Origin: Candidatus Woesearchaeota archaeon
GTDB lineage: Archaea; Nanobdellota; Nanobdellia; Pacearchaeales; GW2011-AR1
Assembly: GCA_964479755.1 (NCBI GenBank)
Contig: CAYZNI010000002.1
Span: 5,633 to 69,632 of the forward strand
Direction of reading: 5' to 3'
DNA length: 64,000 nucleotides
Part shown: in pieces, positions 36,956-45,554 of the stretch
How the letters are laid out: every line of letters begins with the position of its first letter
How positions within the stretch are numbered: position 1 is the first letter of the stretch
Program-made: the position numbers and the translations under genes
The notes under the pieces: generated by a model
Seen by the model: the letters and a program-made list of their open reading frames with translations, nothing else
What the model was told of the DNA's origin: nothing
The model's database searches: none

Positions 36956-37228
36956 ATGTTTGCTGAAGAGAATAGAGCAAAAAGTCTTGCTTCTGCAAGA
37001 TATGCTAATCTTGCCAAAGTCGCGAGAGCTACTTTGCAAAATGCAGAAATGGCGGGTAGAAATCCTCAAACTTCTTTAGGCAAGGTTTCTAGAGCTATTC
37101 GCAGCATTTATGAATTCCTGAAAAACTCTCCGGAACAAGATACCTCAGAATATCAACCTCACCTCGCCCCTTTATACGCAGAACTCACAATGAAAGAATC
37201 AAAAATAAAGGGGGGTTTGAGAAATTAA
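36956..37228 (+). CDS. hypothetical 90-aa ORF filling the L3-L4 spacer
   Basis: Starts 2 nt after the rpl3 stop and ends 9 nt before rpl4. Ala/Arg-rich, unlike the flanking K/E-rich r-proteins. Confidence 0.3.
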   Translation: MFAEENRAKSLASARYANLAKVARATLQNAEMAGRNPQTSLGKVSRAIRSIYEFLKNSPEQDTSEYQPHLAPLYAELTMKESKIKGGLRN

Positions 37229-37236
37229 TTGTTAGT

Positions 37237-38007
37237 ATGAAAGCACAACTATTTTCGTCAAGTGGAGAAAAAAAATCCCAAGTCGAACTTCCAAAAATAT
37301 TTGAAACACCAATTCGTGAAGACCTCGTTGCAAAATATTTTGAAGCCTCAAAATTAGGAGAAATGCATCCAAACTCGCCAAAGTATCGTGCAGGTCTTAG
37401 ACAAGTAGCAACAGGTTCTATCTCTCACAAAAGGCACGATTGGAAAGGCCATTATGGTAGAGGTATTTCAAGAATGCCGAGAAAAGCAATGTGGCGCAGA
37501 GGAACACAATTCTTTTGGATTGGAGCAAACGTTCCAGGAGCAAGAGGCGGAAGAAAGGCATTTCCTCCTTTGGGATTTATCGATTACAAGAAAACAAACA
37601 AAAAAGAAATGCTTATTGCAATGAACTCTGGTTTTGCGGCAACAGCTCGCACTGAATTAGTAAAGAAAAGATATTCTTTGCTTTCCGAGGTTAAGGAAGT
37701 ACCATTTGTCATCGAGTCTTTGCCGGAAAAAACAAAAGCTCTCAAGCAAACAATAAAAAAAATCCTTCCGGAAAACTCTCAATCACTTAAAGAAAAGTCA
37801 GTCCGTCCAGGAAAAGGCAAGTCAAGGGGAAGAAAATACAAGTCAACCCCCGGTGTTTTAATAGTCACAGCAAAAGACGAAAATAAAAATTTCAAGGGTT
37901 TCAATATCAAGCCAATACCTGAGGTAAAAATCTCAGACCTTTATCCTTTAGGGAGATTGACAATTTACACTCACAAAGCTATCCAAGAATTCGGAGGTAA
38001 AAAATGA
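37237..38007 (+). CDS. rpl4: ribosomal protein uL4
   Basis: …GRGISRMPRKAMWRRGTQFFWIGANVPGARGGRKAFPP…. Confidence 0.85.
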   Translation: MKAQLFSSSGEKKSQVELPKIFETPIREDLVAKYFEASKLGEMHPNSPKYRAGLRQVATGSISHKRHDWKGHYGRGISRMPRKAMWRRGTQFFWIGANVPGARGGRKAFPPLGFIDYKKTNKKEMLIAMNSGFAATARTELVKKRYSLLSEVKEVPFVIESLPEKTKALKQTIKKILPENSQSLKEKSVRPGKGKSRGRKYKSTPGVLIVTAKDENKNFKGFNIKPIPEVKISDLYPLGRLTIYTHKAIQEFGGKK

Positions 38008-38324
38008 AGGCGGAAAAAGGAGACGGGCTGATAGAAAAAAGATTCAGGATACCAGGAGAGAAAGATGATGGGTTTCGCACACTAATTGGCTTTTTAAACG
38101 GACTAACGGAAAGAAGAGGTCCATTAAAGTTTATTTCAGAGGAATCTAGTCAAGGTGGAAAGAACAGAATTAGGACTTATGGTCTTGAAAGCACGAGGTT
38201 GGTTGTCCAAAATGAGACTCCTGGTTACGCACTAGCAATCAAGGATCATGGAGAAACATCAATAGGAAATGCATTGAAATATGTGCAAAATGGAATTTCT
38301 CCCCAATTGGAGGCAGTCCAATGA
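38004..38324 (+). CDS. hypothetical 106-aa protein between uL4 and uL23
   Basis: ATGA overlaps at both ends (38004-38007 with rpl4, 38321-38324 with rpl23). Confidence 0.4.
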   Translation: MKAEKGDGLIEKRFRIPGEKDDGFRTLIGFLNGLTERRGPLKFISEESSQGGKNRIRTYGLESTRLVVQNETPGYALAIKDHGETSIGNALKYVQNGISPQLEAVQ

Positions 38325-38563
38325 TGCTCAAGCCAATCACCTCGGAAAAAGCTGTAAAAATGATAGACTTAGATAATACCCTTATTTTTGAGACTTCTCT
38401 AAATGCAACAAAAGACCAAATAAAAAAAGAAATTGTAAAGCTGTTTAACGTAAAGGTAGATAAAGTCAGAACTTCAATAAAAAACAACAAAAAATTCGCC
38501 TTTGTAAAATTTGCGAAGTCTAATCCTGCGATAGACATAGCTACAAAGCTGGGAATGATATAA
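38321..38563 (+). CDS. rpl23: ribosomal protein uL23
   Basis: 80-aa L23 fold (…LIFETSLNATKDQIKKEIVKLFNVKVDKV…). Confidence 0.8.
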   Translation: MMLKPITSEKAVKMIDLDNTLIFETSLNATKDQIKKEIVKLFNVKVDKVRTSIKNNKKFAFVKFAKSNPAIDIATKLGMI

Positions 38564-39261
38564 TGGGTAAGAGAATAATTCAACAGGCACGAGGAAAGGG
38601 AAGTTTGTCTTATCAAGTTAGAAAGAGAGCTTATCAGCACAGAATAAACTATCCAAACATATTCGGTCCTGCAGAAATAACTCAATTGATTCACTCAGCA
38701 GGCCACTCAGCACCTCTGATGCAGCTTTCTCTTAACAGCAAGAAATTTTTTATGCCTGCTTTCAATGGCGCGTATGTCGGACAAAAAATCTCTGTCGGCG
38801 GACTAGAGAATAAAGAAGGAAACATTTTATTCTTGCGGGACATCTTGCCCGGCACTGCAGTTTACAACCTGGAAAGAAATCCTGGCGATGGTGGAAAAAT
38901 GATTCGCACCGCAGGCTCTTCAGCAACCATCACAAAAAATCTCGATAATAAAAAAGTTTTAGTCTTAATGCCAAGCAAAAAAGAAATCTCTTTAGACGGA
39001 AACTGCCGAGCCACAATCGGAAAAATTGCAGGCGACGGAAAGATACTCAAGCCATTCTTGAAAGCGGGGAAAAAATTCTACAAAATGAAAGCCAGAAACA
39101 AATTATGGCCGCGAACTTCAGCAGTAAAAATGAATGCAATTGATCATCCATTTGGCTCCGGCCGTGGCAAGCGTCCGAAGCCAAAAATCGCTCAGAGGAA
39201 CGCTCCTGCAGGAAGAAAAGTAGGTCATCTTAGACCGCGACAAACAGGACACAAGAGATAA
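38563..39261 (+). CDS. rpl2: ribosomal protein uL2
   Basis: …AIDHPFGSGRGKRPK…. Confidence 0.9.
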   Translation: MGKRIIQQARGKGSLSYQVRKRAYQHRINYPNIFGPAEITQLIHSAGHSAPLMQLSLNSKKFFMPAFNGAYVGQKISVGGLENKEGNILFLRDILPGTAVYNLERNPGDGGKMIRTAGSSATITKNLDNKKVLVLMPSKKEISLDGNCRATIGKIAGDGKILKPFLKAGKKFYKMKARNKLWPRTSAVKMNAIDHPFGSGRGKRPKPKIAQRNAPAGRKVGHLRPRQTGHKR

Positions 39262-39674
39262 TGGCAAAACAAGAACAAGTCGAAGAAGTAAGAAAGAAAG
39301 ATTATTTTTATAGAGGCAAAAATGTCGAAGAGCTGAAAACTCTTGACGTTAGGGAAGTCGCAAAATATCTTGATGCTCGCTCTAGAAGATCAGTTCTAAG
39401 AAACTTCGATAAAATCGAGAAGTTCATCAAGCGCGCTCAAAAGAAATTATCAAGAAAGAAAAAAATCAGAACTCACAACAGAGACTTAATTATAATACCT
39501 CAGCTTGTAGGCCTGACGATTGCAATTCACAACGGAAAAGAATTCCAGGACATTACTTTAACAGCAGAAATGATAGGTCACCGCCTCGGAGAATTTGCAA
39601 TGACTAGAGGCAAAGTAACCCATTCTGCAGCAGGAATCGGAGCAACTAAATCATCTAAGGCGGCTAAGAAGTAA
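39261..39674 (+). CDS. rps19: ribosomal protein uS19
   Basis: …GLTIAIHNGKEFQDITLTAEMIGHRLGEFAMTRG…. Confidence 0.9.
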   Translation: MAKQEQVEEVRKKDYFYRGKNVEELKTLDVREVAKYLDARSRRSVLRNFDKIEKFIKRAQKKLSRKKKIRTHNRDLIIIPQLVGLTIAIHNGKEFQDITLTAEMIGHRLGEFAMTRGKVTHSAAGIGATKSSKAAKK

Positions 39675-39676
39675 AC

Positions 39677-40300
39677 ATGTCAGAAGAAACTAAAAACAAA
39701 AATCAAGTGAACAAAACAGAAAAGAAAACTGAGCACAAAATTGAGCACAACCATCAAGAAATAAAGCAGGAGCACAAATTAGAAAACAAATCAGAGCACA
39801 AGCACGAAACTCCTCAACAAGAAACAAAAGTAGAATCTAAAGTTGATAGCAAAGAACAAAATGATAAAAAACCTGCTAAGAAAGAAACTCCAAGGGTAAA
39901 AAAATACGAAGCAGTCGCCCGTGGCTTTTCTCTTCCAATTTCAAAGAAACACTCAATGTATATCTCAAACGCAATAAAAGGCAAGAAAATTGACGATGCA
40001 ATATCTTACCTTCAAGGCGTCATTAAGTTCAAATACCCAGTCCCAATGAAGGGAGAAATACCTCATAGGCGAGGTTCCATAATGTCAGGCAGATATCCAA
40101 TTTCAGCTTCAAAACATTTTATAAATATGCTTAAAGCTCTAAAAGGAAACGTTATTGTCAATGGCTTAGAGTTGGAACGCACGGTAATCTCTGAGTCTTC
40201 AGCAAGTTGGGCTGCCAGGCCGCAGCGTTCAGGCGGCAGAAGAGCAAAAAGAGTAAACTTAATAATGAAAGCGCGAGAAGTTATGGAGGCAAAGAAGTAA
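39677..40300 (+). CDS. rpl22: ribosomal protein uL22 with ~60-aa low-complexity K/E/H-rich N-terminal extension
   Basis: L22 core from ~aa 70 (ARGFSLPISKKHSMYISNAIKGK…). The N-terminus carries EHK-type repeats (EHKIEHNHQEIKQEHKLENKSEHKHE). Confidence 0.8.
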   Translation: MSEETKNKNQVNKTEKKTEHKIEHNHQEIKQEHKLENKSEHKHETPQQETKVESKVDSKEQNDKKPAKKETPRVKKYEAVARGFSLPISKKHSMYISNAIKGKKIDDAISYLQGVIKFKYPVPMKGEIPHRRGSIMSGRYPISASKHFINMLKALKGNVIVNGLELERTVISESSASWAARPQRSGGRRAKRVNLIMKAREVMEAKK

Positions 40301-40301
40301 A

Positions 40302-41015
40302 ATGGAACACAAAAAATTTGTAACCTTCAAGAAAGATGAACTTAAAGTTCGAGAGTACATCATGAACGAGCTAGGCAAAGGCAGAATCAGCTCAGTCACA
40401 ATTGAGTACACTCCAATAGGCGAGAAAATTCTAGTTCACACTTCCCGTCCAGGTCAAGTCATAGGTCGCAAAGGCGAAAAAATCTCAGAACTTACAAGAG
40501 TTTTGAAGAAAAATTTCAAGTTAGACAATCCGCATATCGAAATTGTTGAAATCCGCGAGCCTTTGTTTGATGCGCAACTTGTTGCCGATGAGATTGCAAT
40601 TCTTTTGGAAAGAAAAGGCTCTTTGAAATTTAAAGTTGTAGCATATAAGATGCTTCAGCAGATTATCAAGCAAGGAGCTTTAGGATCAGAAATCGCACTT
40701 TCAGGAAAACTTCCTTCAGACAGGGCTCGAACTTGGAGATTCGCCCAGGGTTACTTGAAGAAAACTGGTGACCCTGCAAAAATCGTCGACACGGCTCAGT
40801 CGCAGGCAGTCACACCTCTCGGAGTCATAGGTATCCAAGTTAAGATTCTCCGTCCAGATGCAGACTTAAAAGATAAAATCGAAATCACCGATGCCGTCAG
40901 GCAAAAAATCAGCTCAACAAAACTTGAGATGGAAACTCCAAAAGAAACAAAAGAAAATCCTGCTGAAAAGACAAAAGCCAAAACCAAAAAGAAAATAAAG
41001 GAGGACAAAAAATGA
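40302..41015 (+). CDS. rps3: ribosomal protein uS3 (KH domain) with K-rich C-terminal tail
   Basis: KH motif IGRKGEKISELTRVL. Position in the operon. Confidence 0.85.
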   Translation: MEHKKFVTFKKDELKVREYIMNELGKGRISSVTIEYTPIGEKILVHTSRPGQVIGRKGEKISELTRVLKKNFKLDNPHIEIVEIREPLFDAQLVADEIAILLERKGSLKFKVVAYKMLQQIIKQGALGSEIALSGKLPSDRARTWRFAQGYLKKTGDPAKIVDTAQSQAVTPLGVIGIQVKILRPDADLKDKIEITDAVRQKISSTKLEMETPKETKENPAEKTKAKTKKKIKEDKK

Positions 41016-41725
41016 TTATGGCTCAAACAACAAGACAAACAGAAGTTCCAGAATTAGTTTTAAAAAATCCTAGAGGCTACATCCAAATTTCTCAAGATGA
41101 CTCTCTAATCGCGATTGAAGAAACTCACGGAGACCAGGCAACTAATGTGCAATTAAAGAGTCTTGCACAAGAAAATATGCAAATGCCTTCTATTTTAAGA
41201 TTTATGACTCACCGAAATAATGTGTTTCAAGCAGTACAAGGATATAGACAGCTTCTTTATGCCGACGGAACTCCAGTCAATGATGCTGTTAAAAAAGACT
41301 TATGGTATCTTTTATCTAGAAATTGCTGGATAAGATTAAACGGAAAATTTGTTACCGATGAACAAGATACCCAGGGTGTTTTTTGGTATCTTGAAACGGA
41401 TTTGCGAGTTACACCAGAAGGATTTTTAGTCGGAAAACGCAAACCTTTGGATACAGCAACCATTCATGAAAATTGTTACATGACTTTAGAATTAAATTCG
41501 CAAGGTCTTCCAATTAAGAGATCGCCAGAAAAAAGTTATGATCCAAATAAAAATATTTATTTTCAAAGCCCGAGAGATGATGCCATCCCCAGGTTCTGTG
41601 CGACGTCAAATAGGGCAAACTTGCTTTGTGGCTGGGCCGATTGCGACATCAGCCCCTCGCTCAGAGTTTTCGCTAGCGTTAATGGTGCTAGCAATATTGT
41701 AAGTATTTTAAGAGGTGGAAAATAA
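41012..41725 (+). CDS. hypothetical 237-aa protein inserted between uS3 and uL29
   Basis: ATGA overlap with rps3. Its stop is 1 nt before the SD-like gaggtgg and ATG of rpl29. The composition (Q/W/C-rich, few K/E) is unlike its neighbours. Confidence 0.5.
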   Translation: MIMAQTTRQTEVPELVLKNPRGYIQISQDDSLIAIEETHGDQATNVQLKSLAQENMQMPSILRFMTHRNNVFQAVQGYRQLLYADGTPVNDAVKKDLWYLLSRNCWIRLNGKFVTDEQDTQGVFWYLETDLRVTPEGFLVGKRKPLDTATIHENCYMTLELNSQGLPIKRSPEKSYDPNKNIYFQSPRDDAIPRFCATSNRANLLCGWADCDISPSLRVFASVNGASNIVSILRGGK

Positions 41726-41726
41726 A

Positions 41727-41936
41727 ATGGCTCTAATAAGAATGAAACAAATCCGCGCAATGTCCGACGCAGAAAGAAAAACAAAATTAAATGAGCTAAA
41801 AATGGAATTAATTAAAGGTTCAGTGACTGCGAACAGAGCAACTGCAAAAACCAAAGAGATTAAAAGGGCAATTTCACGCTTAAATTCGGTCAGCAAGTCT
41901 TCCCTAAAAGGGAAAGAGGAGTTGAAAAATAAATAA
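41727..41936 (+). CDS. rpl29: ribosomal protein uL29
   Basis: MALIRMKQIRAMSDAERKTKLNELKMEL…; start reassigned from 41715. Confidence 0.8.
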   Translation: MALIRMKQIRAMSDAERKTKLNELKMELIKGSVTANRATAKTKEIKRAISRLNSVSKSSLKGKEELKNK

Positions 41937-42232
41937 TGGATTCAGAAGAATTCAGCCTACCATCAAGCACAGATGTGTTTGAGGAAATCGCTAAAAGCGA
42001 GCAGCGGATAAAGGTAAGCACCGTCGCCAGGAGATACGGAAAAAAAATAACACTGGTCGAGGGTTTTGACAAGCACGTAGACGTGAAGTCTATAGCGAAA
42101 CGTCTGAAAGAAGAGCTGGCCTGTGGAGGCACAGTTAAGAACAACGTGGTGGAACTCCAAGGAGACCACAAGGTAAAGGTACGCCCGATCCTTGTGAAGC
42201 TCGGGTTTTCAGACGACACAATAAGCGATTAA
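41936..42232 (+). CDS. translation initiation factor SUI1/eIF1 homologue
   Basis: …KITLVEGFD…LKEELACGGTVKNNVVELQGDHKVKVRPILVKLGF. Confidence 0.8.
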   Translation: MDSEEFSLPSSTDVFEEIAKSEQRIKVSTVARRYGKKITLVEGFDKHVDVKSIAKRLKEELACGGTVKNNVVELQGDHKVKVRPILVKLGFSDDTISD

Positions 42233-42239
42233 CTCGAAA

Positions 42240-42569
42240 ATGGAAAAGAAAAAAACAGCACAAAAGAAACAGAAGGAAAGCTCTAGCACGAGCAAGAAGG
42301 AAACTAAAATCATAGCCAGAGGCAGAGTCTTTAAAGGTTCCGTAACAAAGAAGTTCCCTAAGCGTGTCGTCATTGAATTCGAAAGAACAGTCTACTTGTC
42401 AAAGTTCGAAACTTTCATGAAAAAGAAAACAAGAATTCATGCACGCCTGCCGGATTCTATGGAAAAAGAAGTCAATATCGGCGACATGGTTCTCGCACAG
42501 GAATGCCGCCCTCTAAGCAAAATGATTCATTTCGTCGTAATTAAGAAAATTGCGGAGGAAAATAAGTAA
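42240..42569 (+). CDS. rps17: ribosomal protein uS17
   Basis: …IARGRVFKGSVTKKFPKRVVIEFER…. Confidence 0.85.
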   Translation: MEKKKTAQKKQKESSSTSKKETKIIARGRVFKGSVTKKFPKRVVIEFERTVYLSKFETFMKKKTRIHARLPDSMEKEVNIGDMVLAQECRPLSKMIHFVVIKKIAEENK

Positions 42570-42997
42570 TGCCAGGCCACGTAACAATCATCAGCGGGAA
42601 AGCAATCTCAGCGCGAGCCACAAGAGGCCTAAATGTGGGCTCAAATGTCAACGCGGCAGACAACAGCGGCGCTAGGATTGTGAGAATCGTCGGAGTAAAA
42701 GGCGGAAAGTCAACAAAAGGCAGACAACAGTACGCAAAAATTTCTGACTGGGTAAAAGTTTCAGTTCGTGCAGGCAAACCAGACATGAAAGGCCAAGTTT
42801 TTGATGCCGTAGTTATTAGGACAAAGAAGCCATACAGACGGGTCACAGGCGAGCGTGTTGCTTTCGAGGACAACGCAGTTGCTTTGCTTAAAGACGAAAA
42901 AGGAAATCCCAAAGGTACTCAAATAAAAGGACCAGTTGCAAGGGAGGTATTGGAGCGTTGGTCATCAGTAGCCAAAATCGCCCAGTTTGTTTTATGA
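42569..42997 (+). CDS. rpl14: ribosomal protein uL14
   Basis: …NVGSNVNAADNSGARIVRIVGVKGG…. Confidence 0.9.
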   Translation: MPGHVTIISGKAISARATRGLNVGSNVNAADNSGARIVRIVGVKGGKSTKGRQQYAKISDWVKVSVRAGKPDMKGQVFDAVVIRTKKPYRRVTGERVAFEDNAVALLKDEKGNPKGTQIKGPVAREVLERWSSVAKIAQFVL

Positions 42998-43407
42998 TTA
43001 GCGGAATTTCACTTTCAGATAAGGAAGTTGAACTTGCAATCAGAGAAGAAAGAATAACAGAAAGATTTGTTCATTTTCTAAATGACTTCTCTATAACTCT
43101 TTTAGAAATAGAAACAGCTGAGTTAGATTTATCAAACCACGATTATCGCGGTGCAAGGATTTGCTACGAAAACGCTTTGGGCCATCTATCAGAGATCTCG
43201 CAGCGAGGGCTGCCAGAGCATTATGGCAAATATTTCTTACCAACTCTTCAAGAGAGAATTAACTCAATTAGAGGTTCTTTGCCCTCTTCCTATTCTCCTC
43301 AAGGTAAAAAAACTCCTACTTTTATTCAGCCTGCAACTAATACTTTAACACCTATAACTGTTCCACCCGCTAATCCTGTCTGGAACATGCTCGGAGGACA
43401 AAGATGA
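42994..43407 (+). CDS. hypothetical 137-aa protein inserted between uL14 and uL24
   Basis: The ATG at 42994 overlaps the rpl14 TGA (ATGA). Its stop overlaps the rpl24 ATG (43404-43407). Confidence 0.4.
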   Translation: MISGISLSDKEVELAIREERITERFVHFLNDFSITLLEIETAELDLSNHDYRGARICYENALGHLSEISQRGLPEHYGKYFLPTLQERINSIRGSLPSSYSPQGKKTPTFIQPATNTLTPITVPPANPVWNMLGGQR

Positions 43408-43823
43408 AACGCGCATTTTCTTCCCAATGGAAATCCTCAAGCAAGCCTAGAAAGCAGAGAAAATATCAAGCTAACGCTCCTTTTCATACAAAGCATAAGT
43501 TTTTAAGTGCGCATCTTTCAAAATCTTTAAGAGAAAAGCATAGCAAGAGATCTCTTCCTGTCAGAAAAGGCGACGAAGTGCTTGTTATGCGCGGCTCTTT
43601 CAGAAAGAAAAAAGCAAAAGTTTCCGAGGTTGATGTAACAAGAACTCGTGTAGTGCTTGAAAACATACAGAGAAACAAGAAAGATGGGACAAAAGTCAAC
43701 GTTTACTTCCATCCAAGCGCGCTTCAAGTTATCAATTTAAACTTAGACGATAAAGAGCGTATTAAGTCTCTTGACAGAGTCAAAAAAACGGAGAAAAAAA
43801 CAAATGCACCAAACAAGGGCTGA
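43404..43823 (+). CDS. rpl24: ribosomal protein uL24 (KOW)
   Basis: …LPVRKGDEVLVMRGSFRKKKAKVSEVDV…. Confidence 0.85.
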   Translation: MKRAFSSQWKSSSKPRKQRKYQANAPFHTKHKFLSAHLSKSLREKHSKRSLPVRKGDEVLVMRGSFRKKKAKVSEVDVTRTRVVLENIQRNKKDGTKVNVYFHPSALQVINLNLDDKERIKSLDRVKKTEKKTNAPNKG

Positions 43824-44430
43824 AACCTCTAAAAAAATACCTATTGAAAGAAAAGGAACGAAATACGTAGTCAGGTCTCTTGGTTCTTTGGAAAATTCAA
43901 TCCCAGTATTGATTGCAATTAGAGAAATGCTTCGCCTGGCTCAACATAGAAAAGAAATCAACCACATGATTCACAATAAAATGCTTAAAATAAACGGCAG
44001 AGAAGTTAAAGACTACAGAGAGCCAATTTATTTGTTTAATATCCTGGAAGCTGGCAAGCATTACATTTTGTCTTTGACAGAAAACGGCAAATTCAAATTT
44101 GAAGAAACGAAATCTTCTTCACAAAGGCTTTGCAAGGTCATTGGGAAAAAAATGCTAAAGGGCAAGAAAATCCAAGTCAATTTGCATGATGGAACTAATG
44201 TTCAGACAAGCGATAAAATCTCTGTAAGCGATTCTGTTTACTTAGATTTGAAAGGAAAAATCACAAAACACGTTGCTCTTGAAAAGGGAAAGTCCTGCTT
44301 CATCATCGCAGGAAAATACTCAGGATTTTCGGCAAAAATTGAATCTGTCGAAGGAAATTATGTCCAAATAGATATTCCGGGCAAAAAAGCTCACACTTGG
44401 ATAAATAAATCTAACCTTATCGTGCAATGA
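43804..44430 (+). CDS. rps4e: ribosomal protein eS4
   Basis: S4e domain order. Start reassigned to MHQTRAET. Confidence 0.75.
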   Translation: MHQTRAETSKKIPIERKGTKYVVRSLGSLENSIPVLIAIREMLRLAQHRKEINHMIHNKMLKINGREVKDYREPIYLFNILEAGKHYILSLTENGKFKFEETKSSSQRLCKVIGKKMLKGKKIQVNLHDGTNVQTSDKISVSDSVYLDLKGKITKHVALEKGKSCFIIAGKYSGFSAKIESVEGNYVQIDIPGKKAHTWINKSNLIVQ

Positions 44431-44951
44431 CTCAAAAACTAAAAACAGAAAACGCAATGAGAAAAATCAAAATTGAGAAAGTAGTTCTTAGCTGTGGCGC
44501 AACTGGGCAGGACTTGGAAAAAGCTCGCAAGTTACTAGAGCTGCTTTCAAAGAAAAAGGCACAAATAATTGCAGCTGGTCCAAAAAGAAGAATTCCTGCC
44601 TTTAACGTCAAGCCAGGCTTGGAGTTAGGAGCGAGAGTTACCCTAAGGGGAAAAGAAGCGATAGAGATTCTCAAGCAATTGCTTGGCGCGATTGACAATG
44701 GCTTGGACGAAGACCAAATTGCAGAAAATGCGTTTTCATTTGGAATCAAGGAGTACATTGAAATTCCTGGTATTGAATACCAAAGAGAAATTGGAATCCG
44801 AGGTTTGAATGTTACAGTTGTTTTCATACGCCCGGGCTTTAGAGTCAAGAGAAAGAAAATCAAGTCCTCAAAAATTCCAAGGAAGCAAATCATAACCCCA
44901 GAGGAAATTATCAGATTCATGGAGGATAACTTTAAAACTAAGATAAAATGA
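44427..44951 (+). CDS. rpl5: ribosomal protein uL5
   Basis: …NAMRKIKIEKVVLSCGATG…. Confidence 0.85.
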   Translation: MTQKLKTENAMRKIKIEKVVLSCGATGQDLEKARKLLELLSKKKAQIIAAGPKRRIPAFNVKPGLELGARVTLRGKEAIEILKQLLGAIDNGLDEDQIAENAFSFGIKEYIEIPGIEYQREIGIRGLNVTVVFIRPGFRVKRKKIKSSKIPRKQIITPEEIIRFMEDNFKTKIK

Positions 44952-45178
44952 CAGCAAGTGATTGGAAAAAAATACTGAAACAATTGAGAGGCAAGCCAGC
45001 AGTTATGAAAAAATTCCTAAGGCACAACAAGCCAAAAGACAGGAAAATGGGAATCGCAGCTCGAAAATGCGAGCGTTGCGGTCGCTTCGGGGCTCATATC
45101 AAGCAATATAATCTAAACCTTTGCCGGCACTGCTTCCGAGAAATCGCGGAAGAAATCGGCTTTCATAAATACAGCTAA
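44948..45178 (+). CDS. rps14: ribosomal protein uS14 (Zn-binding type)
   Basis: CERCGRFGAHIKQYNLNLCRHCFRE. Confidence 0.9.
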   Translation: MTASDWKKILKQLRGKPAVMKKFLRHNKPKDRKMGIAARKCERCGRFGAHIKQYNLNLCRHCFREIAEEIGFHKYS

Positions 45179-45179
45179 A

Positions 45180-45554
45180 ATGTCACAAGATATCGTCGCA
45201 GACACACTGAATGAAATGATGAACATCAAAAGAGCTGGCAAGTCCACTTTGCAGGTGGATAAGCACTCTCAATTGCTCCTCTCAGTTTTAGCGATAGCTA
45301 AGATTCACGGGTATGTCAAAAACTTTTCAGTTTCAGGAAAGAAGTTAACAATCGAAATCTCAAAATTAAACGGCTGCAAGGCAATAAAGCCGCGATATAT
45401 GATAAAAATTTCTGAAATAGACAAGTACATTGCTCGTTATCTGCCAGCAAAAAATATCGGTACAATCATCATTTCAACACCGCAAGGGCTGATGACTCAC
45501 CAAACTGCAATAGAAAAAAATCTCGGAGGAAGCTTGATAGCTTATCTTTACTGA
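45180..45554 (+). CDS. rps8: ribosomal protein uS8
   Basis: …ISTPQGLMTHQTAIEKNLGGSLIAYLY. Confidence 0.85.
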   Translation: MSQDIVADTLNEMMNIKRAGKSTLQVDKHSQLLLSVLAIAKIHGYVKNFSVSGKKLTIEISKLNGCKAIKPRYMIKISEIDKYIARYLPAKNIGTIIISTPQGLMTHQTAIEKNLGGSLIAYLY

